Shown: positions 1-11,820, counted from the first letter of the stretch. The stretch is DNA of 64,000 bases from Raja brachyura (GCA_963514005.1 OY740801.1:19406001-19470000); one strand, 5' to 3'. Notes: generated by a model from the letters alone, not told the origin. Numbers and translations are program-made.

Positions 1-259
1 CTGTCGGAGCATGAGTTCTTTCCTTAAAGTGCTCTTGCCCAGACACGAGGCACTTCAAACGACACCACGGTTGTCCTCACCCAGCTTGCAAAACTTCCAG
101 GTTTCAACAAGGGGTGTGTGATTCAGCAAAACAATCACCCAGCGGGTGACCTGTGAAGGGTGTTATGCTGGTGGTGATTGACTAAATGGAGCTCTGATTT
201 CAACTGGGCAATGATTAATCTAGCCTCTTTGTATTGTGGCAAGATAATAGCTTAAGAAC

Positions 260-540
260 AACAGAAGTGGAAACCGGAGGAGATCAGATCGTCTTGCTCC
301 CAGTACAGTTCGATTATGGCTTTTTCCACCCTCAAGTCCATGCTCCTACAGATTCTTTGTCTCCCCTGATTTTCATGGGTGTACTAATCTAATCGGCCGG
401 CTTTGACTATGCTCACAACTCTCTTTAGAGAACTCCAGAGGATTACGGTCAGGAATTTTCAGACCTAAATTCTGATACTGTGGTCCCTGGCAGACAGGGT
501 GAGCAGTCTATCTGCAACCACGCTGTCAATCCAACTCAAA
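260..540 (-). mobile_element. Old, diverged CR1 LINE 3' end fragment
   Basis: Degenerate reverse complement of the CR1 3' UTR and RT C-terminus seen intact elsewhere in the window (e.g. 36333-36630). Confidence 0.45.
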
Positions 541-1419
541 ACTCTCTGCTTCAGTGAAAACACTTAAGACCAAATCAGACTTTCCACATGAGTTTTAGTT
601 TCGTACTGATCTCAAGCACAGGCCTCATCTCACTCAAGTCTTTCACTTCTCTCCTCTAATTCTTACACTGCCTTGATTCCAAATTTACTCAGGGACAGCA
701 ATCGATGTGCCTTGATTTGCTGAAAGAAGGTTAGCAGCATCTGGAAGGGGGCCGAGAGGGAGGAAGGCATGAGAGAGGTTGTATCAGGGGGGAAGTGGCA
801 GTGTAGGCTGGGCAGGCGTGATGCCATTTTGATTCAGATATGAGGCAGATAGAAAGGGAAAAAAATGATGTGCATATGCTGAAATTTGAACGATAAACTG
901 AATTATTACTGTTATAAATCTCTGAATCTCAATGATTATCTGCCTGGCTGTTGGTATCACTGGCAAAGCCACTATGTATTGTCCAGAGAATGGTGAAAAT
1001 AATTTATCTCTTCAGAGGATGAGTCAACCAGGTTGGTGTGTGGTGACTTACTCATAGGTCAGGAGGTTTCCTTCCCTCAAGTGAATCACATCATAATCTC
1101 ACTGCTTTGTGATCATTTGTAGTGTTGTTAGCGTTTGGTCTGCAGACTATTTCTAAGATGAAGTTACTGATGCCAGCCGCTATGGCGAGAAGGGAGCTCA
1201 CGTTCCAGAGATTGCCAGCGCTTGCCTTCATTGACGGCACAGAACCTATACCTATAGATGCTAGACCCACATTGGCTCTATGTGCCCAGGGAAGTCTAAG
1301 TGGAAATTTGAGAGCAGTTTAAAAATATTTGGGAAGGAGCAAGTAAAGATTCCTTCTGGTTTCAAAGGTTTGGATTAACCAGACGCATAGACTTGTTTGA
1401 GGAAATTTCAGGAATTTGA

Positions 1420-1758
1420 AGGCAAACACAATGCTCCCCATGTTGGGGAAGTCCAGAACCAGGGGTCACAGTTTAAGAATAAGGGGTAAGCCATTTAGGA
1501 CTGAGATGGGAAAAAACGTTTTCACCCAGAGAGTTGTGAATCTGTGTAAGTCTCTGCCACAGAAGGCAGTTGGGGCTAATTCACTGGATGTTTTAGAGAG
1601 AGTTAGATATTGCTCTTAAGGCTAATGGAATCAAGGGATATGGGGAGAAAGCAGGAACGGGGTACTGATTTTGGATGATCAGCCATGATCATATTGAATG
1701 GCGGTGTTGGTTCGAAGGGCCAAATGGCCTACTCCTGCACCTATTTTCTATGTTTCTA
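1420..1758 (+). mobile_element. CR1/HER1-type LINE 3' end, 5'-truncated
   Basis: Encodes SRTRGHSLRIRGKPFRTEMGKNVFTQRVVNL (typical CR1 ORF2 C-terminus), followed by the 3' UTR ending GAAGGGCCAAATGGCCTACTCCTGCACCTATTTTCTATGTTTCTA. Confidence 0.92.
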
Positions 1759-1829
1759 ACATGTCTATGGCCCAATGTAATATTCATCCAGTCACACAGC
1801 ACAGCTGGCTCATTACAATCAGGATAGCC

Positions 1830-2510
1830 ATCTATACTAGTTCTATTCACCCACATTTGACGCCTATCCCTCGAAATCTTTCCTTGCCATCCATCTGTCC
1901 AAATGCCTCTTAAATATTTTTATTACATTTGCCACAACTACTTCCTCTGGCAGCTTTTCATACACCCACTAGCCTCTCTGTGAAAATGTTGCCCCACAGG
2001 TTCCAGTAAATCTTTTCCCTCTCACCTTAAACCTATGCCCTGTAGTTCTTGATTGCCCAACCCTGGCGAAAAGATTCCCTGCGTTCACCTTATCTATGGC
2101 CCTCTTGTCCACTTCTATAACATCACCCTTCAGTCTTTTATGCTCCAAGAAATAAAGTTTCATCCTGCCAAACCTATCCATATAACTCAGTCCCTCGAGT
2201 CCTGGCAACATCCTCATAAATCTCTTCTGTACTCTTTCCAGCTTAATACAGCTGGGTGACCAAAACTGAACACAGTACTCCAAGTACAGCCTCACCAATG
2301 ACTTGCATAACCGCAACTTAAAATTGCAACGTTCAAACTCAATGCCCTTAGCAATGAAAGCTAGCATGCCAAGCACCTTCTTCACAATCCTGTCAACCTG
2401 TGATGCCACTTTTAGCAAACTATCTACTTGTAGTGCGAGGTCCTTCTGTTCTATAACACGCCTAGCACCCTCCTGTTCACTGTGAATGTCCGTCCTATAG
2501 TGGTTAGACT
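1830..2510 (-). mobile_element. CR1 LINE ORF2 (RT C-terminal region) fragment
   Basis: ORF 1969-2544 contains LVRLYLEYCVQFWSP..KLERVQKRFMRMLPGLEGLSY..RTTGHRFKVRG, CR1 post-RT motifs. It is degenerate. Confidence 0.9.
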
Positions 2511-3420
2511 TCCGGATAGTGATGGTGGGAACAGTTACAAACATTGGCTTCTACAGGCAAGTGCATAAACTACTGGTGGGGGAATAGATTTGCACTGATG
2601 TGGGGAAAGAGCAGGAGAGTGGGCAAGCCCAGATACAGTGGGCCGAATGCCTGCTTCTCTGCTAGTCTATGATTGAATAAGGCGTGGGGAAATGATTACA
2701 GGCTCGTGTGATGTGGCATTTTGCAACTAAGCCTCTTTCATCATTTCTGGTAATCCCGACTTAAAATGTATTCTGACCGTACAAAAAATTCCATTGTGCC
2801 GATCTACGCTGTCATGCCAAGTTATGAGTAGGCTCATTAAACATTGATATTAATGGAAATGTTTGGAAAGCCCACTGCCTAAAGGAGTGTGAAAAATTGC
2901 TGTAAAGCCGCAAAATTGAATTTTGAGAGTGGGTTATCAGACTTTAACAGACCAAGTTGGTAAATAGAAAATCCACCGTCTTTTATAATTCAACAGCAAT
3001 CTCCAGTTCGTAAATGCTATTGAATGTTTTTTTTTCTTAAAATCGAGAATGAATTGCAGTTTTGGTTGATAACTTTTAATTACAATTATGGATTAGGATC
3101 CTCAAAACAGGACCAATAAGAGTGAAAGGGTAGGAGAGAAGTGGGAGCTGATCAAAGCTTAAATGATTTGGGCGTTGCTAATTGCTGTGAGAATGCCAGG
3201 TGTTGGCCCAATCTCCTGGTCTAGGCTTCCAGCCTGCTGTGAGGAGTTGTTGCTCTGAGCTTTGGTGCTGGGTGGTAAAAGTCGAGATGTAGAGGAGGAA
3301 CAGTGGGAAGAAGTCTTAAGAGCAATGTTTACTGTTACGTTCAGACTCACTTGACTTTATGTCCTCAAGAGCTTCCTACAGTTCAAATCTGGTATAGCAA
3401 AGTAGCATGAAAATCGACTG

Positions 3421-3900
3421 TAATACGCAATGTACAGGTAACCCTTTTAAATCTACTTTACACTCCTTGTACAGCTAACCCCTTTAAATCTATTGTAATA
3501 CTGCAGACAGATTACCCTATAAATCTAACATAATACACAACGTACAGGTAACCAACCCTTTAAAATCTACTTTACACTCCTTGTACAGCCAACCCCTTTA
3601 AATCTATTGTAATACTGTGGACAGATCACCCAATAAACCTAACATAATACTCCATGTACAAGTTGCACCTTTAAATGTAATACCCTACATATGGGATATT
3701 ATAGATTTGAATGGGTTACCTATACATAGTGTAGTACAGTAGTGTAGTACAGCATAGTGTATGTACAGGTAACCCATTTAAATCTATAATATCCCATATG
3801 TAGGGTACTGCATTAAACCTGTAACTACGGTAAAAGTAGTACCTACTACTGTAAATCTGCTGTGAAACTCCATGTACTGGTTACCCCATTAAACTTGCTG
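3421..3900. repeat. Minisatellite (34-41-bp units) with a higher-order duplication and an internal inverted repeat
   Basis: Core TGTACAGGTAACCC.TTTAAATCTA recurs. A three-unit block at 3431-3540 is duplicated at 3541-3654. Inverted arms lie at 3681-3728 and 3760-3807. Confidence 0.85.
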
Positions 3901-3904
3901 TGCT

Positions 3905-4115
3905 AACTGAAAAACAAAAGATACTGCAGATGGTGGAACTCTGAATAATGACCGAAAACGTTGAAAACACCCAGTGAGTCAGGCAGCATCTGTGGAGAGA
4001 CAAAAACAGTTGATGTTTCAGATTTAGGTTTTGTTTGAAAAGCTTTGACTCTCTTCTCTCAACTGTTGTTGCTATCTGATCTGCTGAATGTTTCCAATAT
4101 TTTCAGTTTTTACAA
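3905..4115. mobile_element. Old Penelope-pLTR-derived fold-back repeat
   Basis: CTGCAGATGGTGGAA..CAGGCAGCATCTGTGGAGAGA, followed by a degenerate inverted copy. Same family as 27957-28158. Confidence 0.6.
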
Positions 4116-4435
4116 TTGTAATATGCCCTGTACTGAACTTCCCTTTAAAACATATTTCGCTATTCATTTTACCTTCTTGCATACACAGAGACATACAGCA
4201 CAGAAACTGTACATACGACACACTGAGTCCACCTTCAACTGCATATTTGCATATCTACTGGAAAATCTCATGTGGCTGGTATGTAGTGTGCCAGTGTCAT
4301 ATACTGTGGAACAGTTATATTGAACCTTTCAATGCTGAACCCTCAGTGTCACGAGACATTATTTCCAGCATTATGAATGAAAACCACAATTGCAAGAGCT
4401 TTTGTTGAAGAAATAGTGCAGCACAATGTGGCAGA

Positions 4436-4725
4436 GGGCGGCACAGTGGCGCAACGGTAGAGTTGCTGCCTTACAGCACCACAGACCCGGGTGCTGTCTA
4501 TACGGAGTTTGCACGTTCTCCCTGTGACCACGTGGGTTTCCTCCGGGTAGTCTGGTTTCCTCCCACACTCCACGGACAAGCAGGATGGTAGGTTAATTGG
4601 CTTCTGGAAATTGTCCCTAGTGTGTGTAGGATAGAACTAATGTACGGATGATTGCAGGTCAGCTCGGGCTCGGTGGGCTATAGGGCCTGTTTCCGGGCTG
4701 TATCTCTAAACTAAACTAAACTGAA
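4436..4725 (+). mobile_element. HE1-like tRNA-derived SINE
   Basis: tRNA-like head GGGCGGCACAGTGGCGCAACGGTAGAG, conserved central domain GGAGTTTGCACGTTCTCCC, CR1-like tail AGGGCCTGTTTCC and (CTAAA)n. Confidence 0.9.
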
Positions 4726-5254
4726 TTGGCCTGAAAGTTGTAAAGAAGCAACTCTTACCCACATTCACTGCCTGAACACAACCAGGTCTCAGGAGATGAA
4801 TGCTAACCTGGTTGTTCACACTCGACCAGCGCTTGCTCAGAACGCCGGCAGAATCTGTATTAAAATCATTAAGTTAAGAAACCACATAATCATATTTTGC
4901 AATTTATGATTTTATGATTCTGTTTTTTACCTGATTGGTATTGAATGCGAATTGTAATGATGTCCGTTGCTAGCAGTTTGTTCTCCCTGTCTAATTAAAA
5001 TTAATCTCCAAAATTAATTGCTATAAATTACACACAAATGTCATTTGCACAGATTAATTAGAGTTGGCAATAAATTCTGAGGACACAAAAGACTGCAGGT
5101 GCTGGAATCTTGTGCAAAAGCTAAGTGCTGGAGGTACTCAAAGGGCCAGGCTGCATCTGTAGCAGGTGATATTTTGGGTTGATAATTGATATCTTGTGAC
5201 TGATCATTTCTGGGATTGTTTCCAGGCTTGTCAGGGTAGATGCAGTGGTGATGC

Positions 5255-5363
5255 AGGGTCCCTAGTGTGTGTAGGATAGAGCTAGTGTACTAGGGTTCGC
5301 TGGCCGGCAATGACTCGGCAGGCCGAAGGACCTGTTTCTACGCTGCATCTTTAAACTAAACTA
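5255..5363 (+). mobile_element. HE1-like SINE 3' half
   Basis: GTCCCTAGTGTGTGTAGGATAG..GCCGAAGGACCTGTTTC..TAAACTAAACTAA matches the 3' half of 4436-4725. Confidence 0.8.
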
Positions 5364-6689
5364 AGAGAGGCTGCTGGTTGAAAATGCAACCTGCGTTCGT
5401 AACTCATAAAACTTAACACAAAACTCAAGGAACAAAGCCTTCAGAAAATGGGCGAAGAGAAGTAATTTAAAGTTCCTCACTGTTCCGTTGATCAATTACT
5501 CTCTGGATCTCAGTGCTTATTCATCAGTATATATCTGCCAGCTTTATTGGGTATCACATAATTTATGGCCATCTTCCCTCATAATTCACTGTGGGAATCC
5601 ATTCTGCGATATCTGGTGAGTCTATCAGCCAATGATCATACGCAATTGGAGGCTAGTGGATGGGAGGGGGTGGAGAAAACTGACCTCCCCTCCTCACCGC
5701 ATTTTTCCTCATTTCCTTGGAAACCTCTTCTTCAACTCCTGCTCTGCTGCCGAGAAGGTGAGGAGTTCTTCATGGCTGTGATTCTCCTCCAGTTGAGCAA
5801 CAGTTGTGGTCCCTGCAGGCAGCTGCTGTAGGGAGCTGTGCAGGTGAAGTTTTATGCTCAGATCAGGGTGTAAAACGCCATCACAAGAACCTTTTTGTTT
5901 GTTTCTCCCAATCCTCGTTGGCAATCCGATTGTACACAGGCTGTAAATTGTTTCTCGTGCAAGGGAGTAGTGGAATCTGATGGGAGTTGATGGAAATTTG
6001 GGGATATGTTAATTGTGTCACTGTATATTGTCCTGATTGTAGCTGGATGACATTAAGTTCAAAGAGAAGGCGAGGGACATATGAGAGAGCATAAATTGCA
6101 GGGATATATGGAAATAAAGAGAGGGGAAAAGGGCTGATGAGATTGCTATGTTGGGAACCAGTATGGGCTACATCGATCATCATCTGTAAGAAGATTTTTC
6201 TCTTTGCAATTTCACTGTACCTGCAACACTACCTTCTGGACAGTTTCTGTTGCAGTCATGGATGGTTTAATTAGCCTCATGTATGGTATGATTTGCCTGG
6301 ATAAGCAAAATAGATGATTTTAAATGTATTTCAGCACACTATATAATTTGCCAAAACCAATACCAATAATCATCGACAAAGAGCCCTGGAAATATCATCT
6401 TTGTGCCAGTGACCACCAGGATGCTAATGGGTGAACCATACAGATGGTGATATATTTTCGCCTTGCGATTTCTAAATTCCAGTACAAGCAACTTGCTGCA
6501 GGCCTCTGAATTACCCTCTGACAGTAATACAGTGGTACCTGGCATGTCCTGGGCCTTAAAGCCATGGATGCACCAACTGGTATTGGCCATACAACTTGCA
6601 ACAATCCCAAGGCCTCAATGCATGTCCATCTCCCCGGGAAGATTGATGTGCAAACAGTGACTTGACCTCCGTTGGCTAAACTAAGATCC

Positions 6690-6945
6690 CAGTTTAAAGG
6701 AGAGTTATCAGGGAAATATTTTATGTAGAGAATGGTAAATGCCTGGAATGTGTTGCCCGGGGACACGATGAAACAGATGGAGTAGCAACGTTTAAGAAGT
6801 AGTTAGACAGACGCATAAACAGCTAAGGAATGGAGGGATATAGACCATATGCAGGCAGATGGAATTTGTTGCAATTGGCATAACAGTCTGCACAGACATT
6901 GTAAGTTGAAAGGCCTTTTCCAGTGTTCTACCGTTCTATGTTATA
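6690..6945 (+). mobile_element. Diverged CR1 3' end
   Basis: TTTAAAGGAGAG..AGAGAATGGTAAATGCCTGGAATG..GAAAGGCCTTTTCCAGTGTTCTACCGTTCTATG. Confidence 0.75.
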
Positions 6946-6999
6946 TATTCATAATTCCCAACTGACACACAACTCCAACCAAGAAAGTGTGTAACACCA

Positions 7000-7285
7000 G
7001 AAGTGCTGTCATTTGGGTGAGATCTTACCCCTATGACACTGCGGCTGTAAAGGATCTTCCGGTATTTTGAAGAAGAGGGGTTTTACTCTTGGAACTGTGC
7101 CGATATTTATCCTGCAATCAACAATTCTCCAATCGTTATTGTGTTACTGTTAGCGGGAGCTTGCTGTGCACAAATTAGCTGTCATGACCCTTTTATTACA
7201 AAGTATCTCATTGTAAAACCATAAAACCTTTTGAACCGTCCATAAGGGGATAGGAGAGGCGTTACACAATGCAAGTCTTATTTTC
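7000..7285 (+). mobile_element. Deu-domain SINE (SacSINE1/AmnSINE1-like)
   Basis: GAAGAAGAGGGG..GATATTTATCC..GGGAGCTTGCTGTGCACAAATTAGCTG..AATGCAAGTCTT resembles the Deu domain plus L2-derived tail (recalled consensus). Confidence 0.7.
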
Positions 7286-8034
7286 TCTCTTTAATGATCT
7301 ACTGGAATGTGAAAGTCAAATACACTTCCTCTCCAGGGTTAAGAGCCTTGGGAGGGGTGGAGGTTTCCAACAGCACTACAAATAGCCTCTTGTCTGCCTT
7401 TTAATATGTGAGCACTGCAGGATAGTCTTTCGTCAGATTAAAGGTTGTTGTATCTGATGTAACATTTCAATGATGCAAAACCAATTGCGGCTCACTGAGC
7501 CTCTTGCACAGCCTGCCTTGCTGAACAACCATGATCCCAACTTCTCACTGTTCCCTTCCCACTGCACTGTACAGTTCACCACCCAAAATTGAACCTTCCT
7601 CCCTCCAACCCCCCTCCCCCCCACCAGCAGCTACATCTCTGACTGAACACTCGATCTTGAAGCAATAACTTGCTCTGTCCCTAGAGTTACCAACAGCTAA
7701 CGTTACAACAGCCTCTCACCTCCTCCTTCCGATGCTAGTTTAATGCAGATTGAAATCGATTCCGTTTTTAATTTAATTAAGTAGATTTCAGTGTAGCTAC
7801 TCACCAATCAATTTGGCCTGTGGAAGCTTATAAACTGGCACCTATATTTGGAACTAGTTAAATCATAGCTTCCACTATTCATTTAGTTTAACGGTTGATC
7901 AGAATTTGCATTTGAGGAGGAGCAGAAAGAAGTCAATTAAGGCATAGATTGTCGTTGCAAAGAAGGAACAGTTGGATCAAATTGAATTGTTTGTGTATTA
8001 AGTTACTGAAATAATGTTTCACATTAATATTTAA

Positions 8035-8640
8035 TAACTTATGTTTGTATAGCATCTTGAAAGTAGCTAACATGTCCCAAGGCGTGTCACACTGGTGAAT
8101 TCAAACAAAATGTGACATTAAGGCACACAAGGCAATGTTAGGGCACTTGGTGGGTTTAAAGAAGCATTTTAAAACAGTAGGAAAGTAGAGTGCTTTAGGC
8201 AGGTAATTTTTTAGTTTAGTTTAGAGATACCGTGCAGATACAGGCTCTTCAGCCCACCGATCTCGCGCCGACCAGCAATCTCCACACAATAATGCTATCG
8301 TACACGCACGGGACAATTTACTATTTTACTGAAGCCAATTAACCTACTAACCTGTATGTCTTTGGCGGGTGGGAGGAAAGTGGAGAACCCGGAGAAAACC
8401 CACGCAGGTCACAGGGAGAACGTACAAACTCCGTACAGACAGCACCCATTGTCAGGATCGAGCCCGGGTCCCTGGCACTGTAAGGCAGAAACTCTACCAC
8501 TGTGCCGCCCCCAGAGCCTAGACAGCCAGTTGTGGAGGCATGAAAACTGAGAGTTCACAGGAAGATAGGAGTGAAGTAGAGCAGGTTTCAGAGACAGCAG
8601 TGGAGCTGAGGAGGGTTACAGGCACAGGGGGTTCAAAACA
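8035..8640 (-). mobile_element. L2 LINE 3' end interrupted by a SINE
   Basis: TTGTATAGCATC..GTCCCAAGGCG..CAAAATGTGACA. The L2-like sequence resumes at CCAGAGCC after the SINE at 8210-8510. Confidence 0.55.
8210..8510 (-). mobile_element. HE1-like SINE
   Basis: (TTTAG)n at the left end and TGTGCCGCCC head at the right end. Reverse complement of 4436-4725. Confidence 0.9.
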
Positions 8641-9109
8641 CAAAGGAAACCTCCAAAAATAAAGTATTTTTGTTGAACGAAATGTGATATTATAGCCAAC
8701 ACTTTCAGCAATTTGTTCCTTCAAATTGTATTTTTATTTGTGGCAAACATGAATAGAATAAATCCAAGGGAAACGAGGTCTAATCTTTTTAAATATTTAA
8801 CGTTCCTACATGCAGCACTGAACTGGACTTAACGTGGTAAAATGGCACTGAGGTAAAGGACCCGCAGTACAAGCTGAATGGCCTGCTCCTGCATCTGCTT
8901 CTCGTGCTTTTATGTTCTGATGAATGAGTTAGCGAGCTCCTGGGAATGAAATTATAGCTGTGAATTGTCTGAGAAGGAAACAGTGAAGTATTAATTATTA
9001 AAGCCAGCCCAGATCCAAGGCTTGTAGAAGTTTCTGTAAAACCTGCAAAGCCATAATTTCATGCAAAGCATCTCAGACTTTGAAGATTCTTTTCTCACCA
9101 CTGATACAC

Positions 9110-9360
9110 GAGATTCTGGATCCATGCCCCACTCCAGTGATGTGCACAGAGGTGGAAGCAACCTTCCATGAGGGGCTGACTTTGCCGGGGAGCATTAAAC
9201 TGTCTGCCCTCTCTGGTGGATGTAAATGGCCACCTTTTAAGTAAGATGTGAGGTGCTCATATCAATGACAGTCAAGTAATCTTGTCATTATCACACTGTG
9301 GGAGCTTGCTGCACTCTAATTGGCTCCTACAGACGTGTTTAGACTTCAAAATGCTTTTGC
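9110..9360 (+). mobile_element. Deu-domain SINE, diverged
   Basis: TCTGCCCTCTCTGGTGGATGTAAA..GTCATTATCACACTGTGGGAGCTTGCTGC..AATTGGCT. Confidence 0.6.
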
Positions 9361-9799
9361 TTTCATTATTGATTTGAAGTCTAAAACTTGATTACCCATT
9401 TTAATGTTTGAAAGGATCTAAAGGCTTTGTGATTTCAATGTTTTTTTTCAGCATCTACATTAGTTAAAATAGTTGATTAGCTGGATATTTTTTTTAATCT
9501 GTTCAGATCCGCCTCAGACCATTCTGCCTAACGTTTCGAGATCGGTGAAAATGTTACGCTCTCATTTAGGACCATCTCCTACGTTTTTGTGGTTGTAAAT
9601 TACTTCAAGATGGTCTCTCCCACTTCAGAATGATCTGATGTGTATGAGTCCAAAGATTTATTTCCTTTTTAACTGGAAGAATGTAGCCAAGCCAGAAGCA
9701 AACTAAAGGGGCTGTCATAAAACAGGTTTCAATCATGCTGTCTAACCCTACTTTAGCAAGCACACGTGCACCAATGACACAAAAGACAGTGCAACATAA

Positions 9800-10365
9800 T
9801 ACTTTTGGTTGTCTAAGTAAAAAGGGCAGAGTTTTAAGGTGAGAGATAGAAGATTTAAAGGGCATCCAAGGGGAATGTTTTTCACATTGAGAGTGGTTGG
9901 ATTGTGGATGCAGTGCCCGATAAGGTGATGGAGGGAGATATTCTCATAACATTTAAAAAGCAACTTGGTGATGGGTGGGGAGAGAAATGAAGTAGGTATA
10001 TCAACATCTTTTGGGTTTTTTTCTTTTTTTTCTTTCTTTTTTCCATTTTTGTCTTTTTATTTTTTTAAGTTTTTACTTAGTCACTCTTTGACTACACTCA
10101 TTTGGTAGTTTAGGGGTTCTATTCTTACACATTCACCTCCTCTTCCACTTTCTTTCTTTCTTGCTTTTCCTCTCTTTTTCTATTTCATCTTTGCTAAATA
10201 AAAATGACAATTTTTTTTTAAAAAGCAGCTCAACAAGTACTTGAATTGTCAAGGGTTGGAAGGCTGTGGACTGCTGTTGGTAAATGGCACTTGTACAGAT
10301 AGGTACAACAGGCGGCATGGTAATGATGGGCCAAAAGGCCTGCTTCTATTCTTTACGACTCTGTG
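9800..10365 (+). mobile_element. CR1 3' end split by a T-rich insertion
   Basis: CR1 sequence (TTTAAGGTGAGAG..TTTTTCACATTGAGAGTGGT) stops near 9964 and resumes near 10217, ending GGGCCAAAAGGCCTG. Confidence 0.7.
9965..10216. mobile_element. T-rich retroposed insertion (possible L1/Tx1-type 3' UTR)
   Basis: Flanked by the direct repeat TTTAAAAAGCA at 9952-9962 and 10217-10227. The body is T-rich with AATAAA near the right end. Confidence 0.5.
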
Positions 10366-11044
10366 ATCAAATGATTCCATACTCACTCGTTTTTGTATTT
10401 ACCAAGTAATTCTCTCAAATCGAGTCTTATAGTGTAAATCCAGGTTGCTGTCCAGAAAGTGTGGGAAGTATTCATCAAATCAAGCAGCGCCTGCGGAGAG
10501 AAGAACACAGCTTCAGTTGTCTGTTCATTTCTCCTTCCACAGATGTTGCTAGATGTGCATCCTCTCGCCAGCACATTTTTGCATTTACTTTGGATTTTGA
10601 GAATCTGAGGGATTTTGCTTCAGGACATCCTGCAGTGTCGTCCGTGCTTCTAATCCCTTACAATTTAAGCTGATTCTCAGATGTCCTGGCAATCTCATTC
10701 AAACAATTCTTGATGTAAGATCAGCATAAACAGTTGGAGTCCCAAGACACGGTGACAATTAAACCTCCTACTCCTCAAGTTTGGAAGTTCTAACTGCACG
10801 CTGGGCTCATGTGTTTAAGGATTTGCAGTCAGCCATCTTTTCAAATTTTAATGTTGTGTCACAAAAAGGCTTTGAAAGATGCACAAAAATAGAGAGCACT
10901 CTTCAACAGGACGAATTTAAAGAATATCACTTAAAACGTTGTAAATAGAGGAGCACAGTAATGGTTTGTGTTTCTTGCTGTGACTGTATATCTGATGGCC
11001 AGCACAATGGAAATGCTACAGAAAATAGGAAGCTGGAAATATTC

Positions 11045-11485
11045 AGAGAATGGAGCGGCTGGGCTTGTAGACTCTGGAGTTTGGAAGGGTGAGAGGGGAT
11101 CTTATTGAAACATATAAGATTATTAAGGGTTTGGACACACTAGAGGCAGGAAACATGTTCCCGATGTTGGTGAACCAGGGGCCACAGAACCAGGGGCCAC
11201 AGTTTAAGAATAAGGGGTAAGCCATTTAGAACGGAGATGAGGAAACACTTTTTCACACAGAGAGTTGTGAGTGTGGAATTCTCTGCCTCAGAGCGCGGTG
11301 GAGGCCAGTTCTCTGGATACTTTCAAGAGAGAGCTAGATAGGGCTCTTAAAGATAGCGGAGTCAGGGGATATGGGGAGAAGGCAGGAACAGGGTACTAAT
11401 TAGGGATGATCAGCCATGATCACATTGAATGGCAGTGCTGGCTCGAAGGGCCGAATGGCCTACTCCTGCACCTATTGCCTATTAT
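11045..11485 (+). mobile_element. Young CR1/HER1-type LINE 3' end
   Basis: Near-identical to 1420-1758 and 26505-26890, with a small internal duplication of GAACCAGGGGCCACA. Confidence 0.92.
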
Positions 11486-11569
11486 CTATTCAGCGAGTTG
11501 GGCACCATCTTGGAGGCAGGGAGTATAAGTGAATGTTTCATGCCAAAACCCTGCATCATAGTCCTGATA

Positions 11570-11685
11570 CAAGGTTTCAAGATAAAAGGTCGACTTACAT
11601 CTTGTAGCTCCACAGATGCTGCCTGATCTGCTGAGTTATTCCAGCGTTCTGTCTTTTGTAGCAGATTCCAGCATCTGCAGTCACC
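11570..11685 (+). mobile_element. Penelope-pLTR-derived fragment
   Basis: CTCCACAGATGCTGCCTGATCTGCTGAGTTATTCCAGC..TTCCAGCATCTGCAGT. Confidence 0.65.
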
Positions 11686-11820
11686 TTTGACCACAAAAAA
11701 ACTTACAACATCTAAAGAGGCATGAGTTGAGGCCCATGTCAGACAAAATTGCATCAAAAGAACTGTGGAAGTGAAATTCCACTGCTTGTGAGTCTCATGG
11801 CATTGTTCCCATCAGTACTT

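Noticed and set aside
1969-2544. 191-aa ORF as a host gene
   Set aside because: It is a degenerate CR1 ORF2 fragment.
3421-3900. CRISPR-like appearance of ~37-bp periodic repeats
   Set aside because: The units are contiguous diverged monomers without unique spacers, the context is vertebrate, and there are no cas genes.
4436-4510. tRNA gene
   Set aside because: It is a tRNA-like SINE head that continues into SINE body and tail, with no full cloverleaf. The same applies to the other HE1-like copies.
5709-5924. Minus-strand ORF with protein-like composition (QLEENHSHEELLTFSAAEQELKKRF)
   Set aside because: No recognisable family and no convincing splice-site pair.
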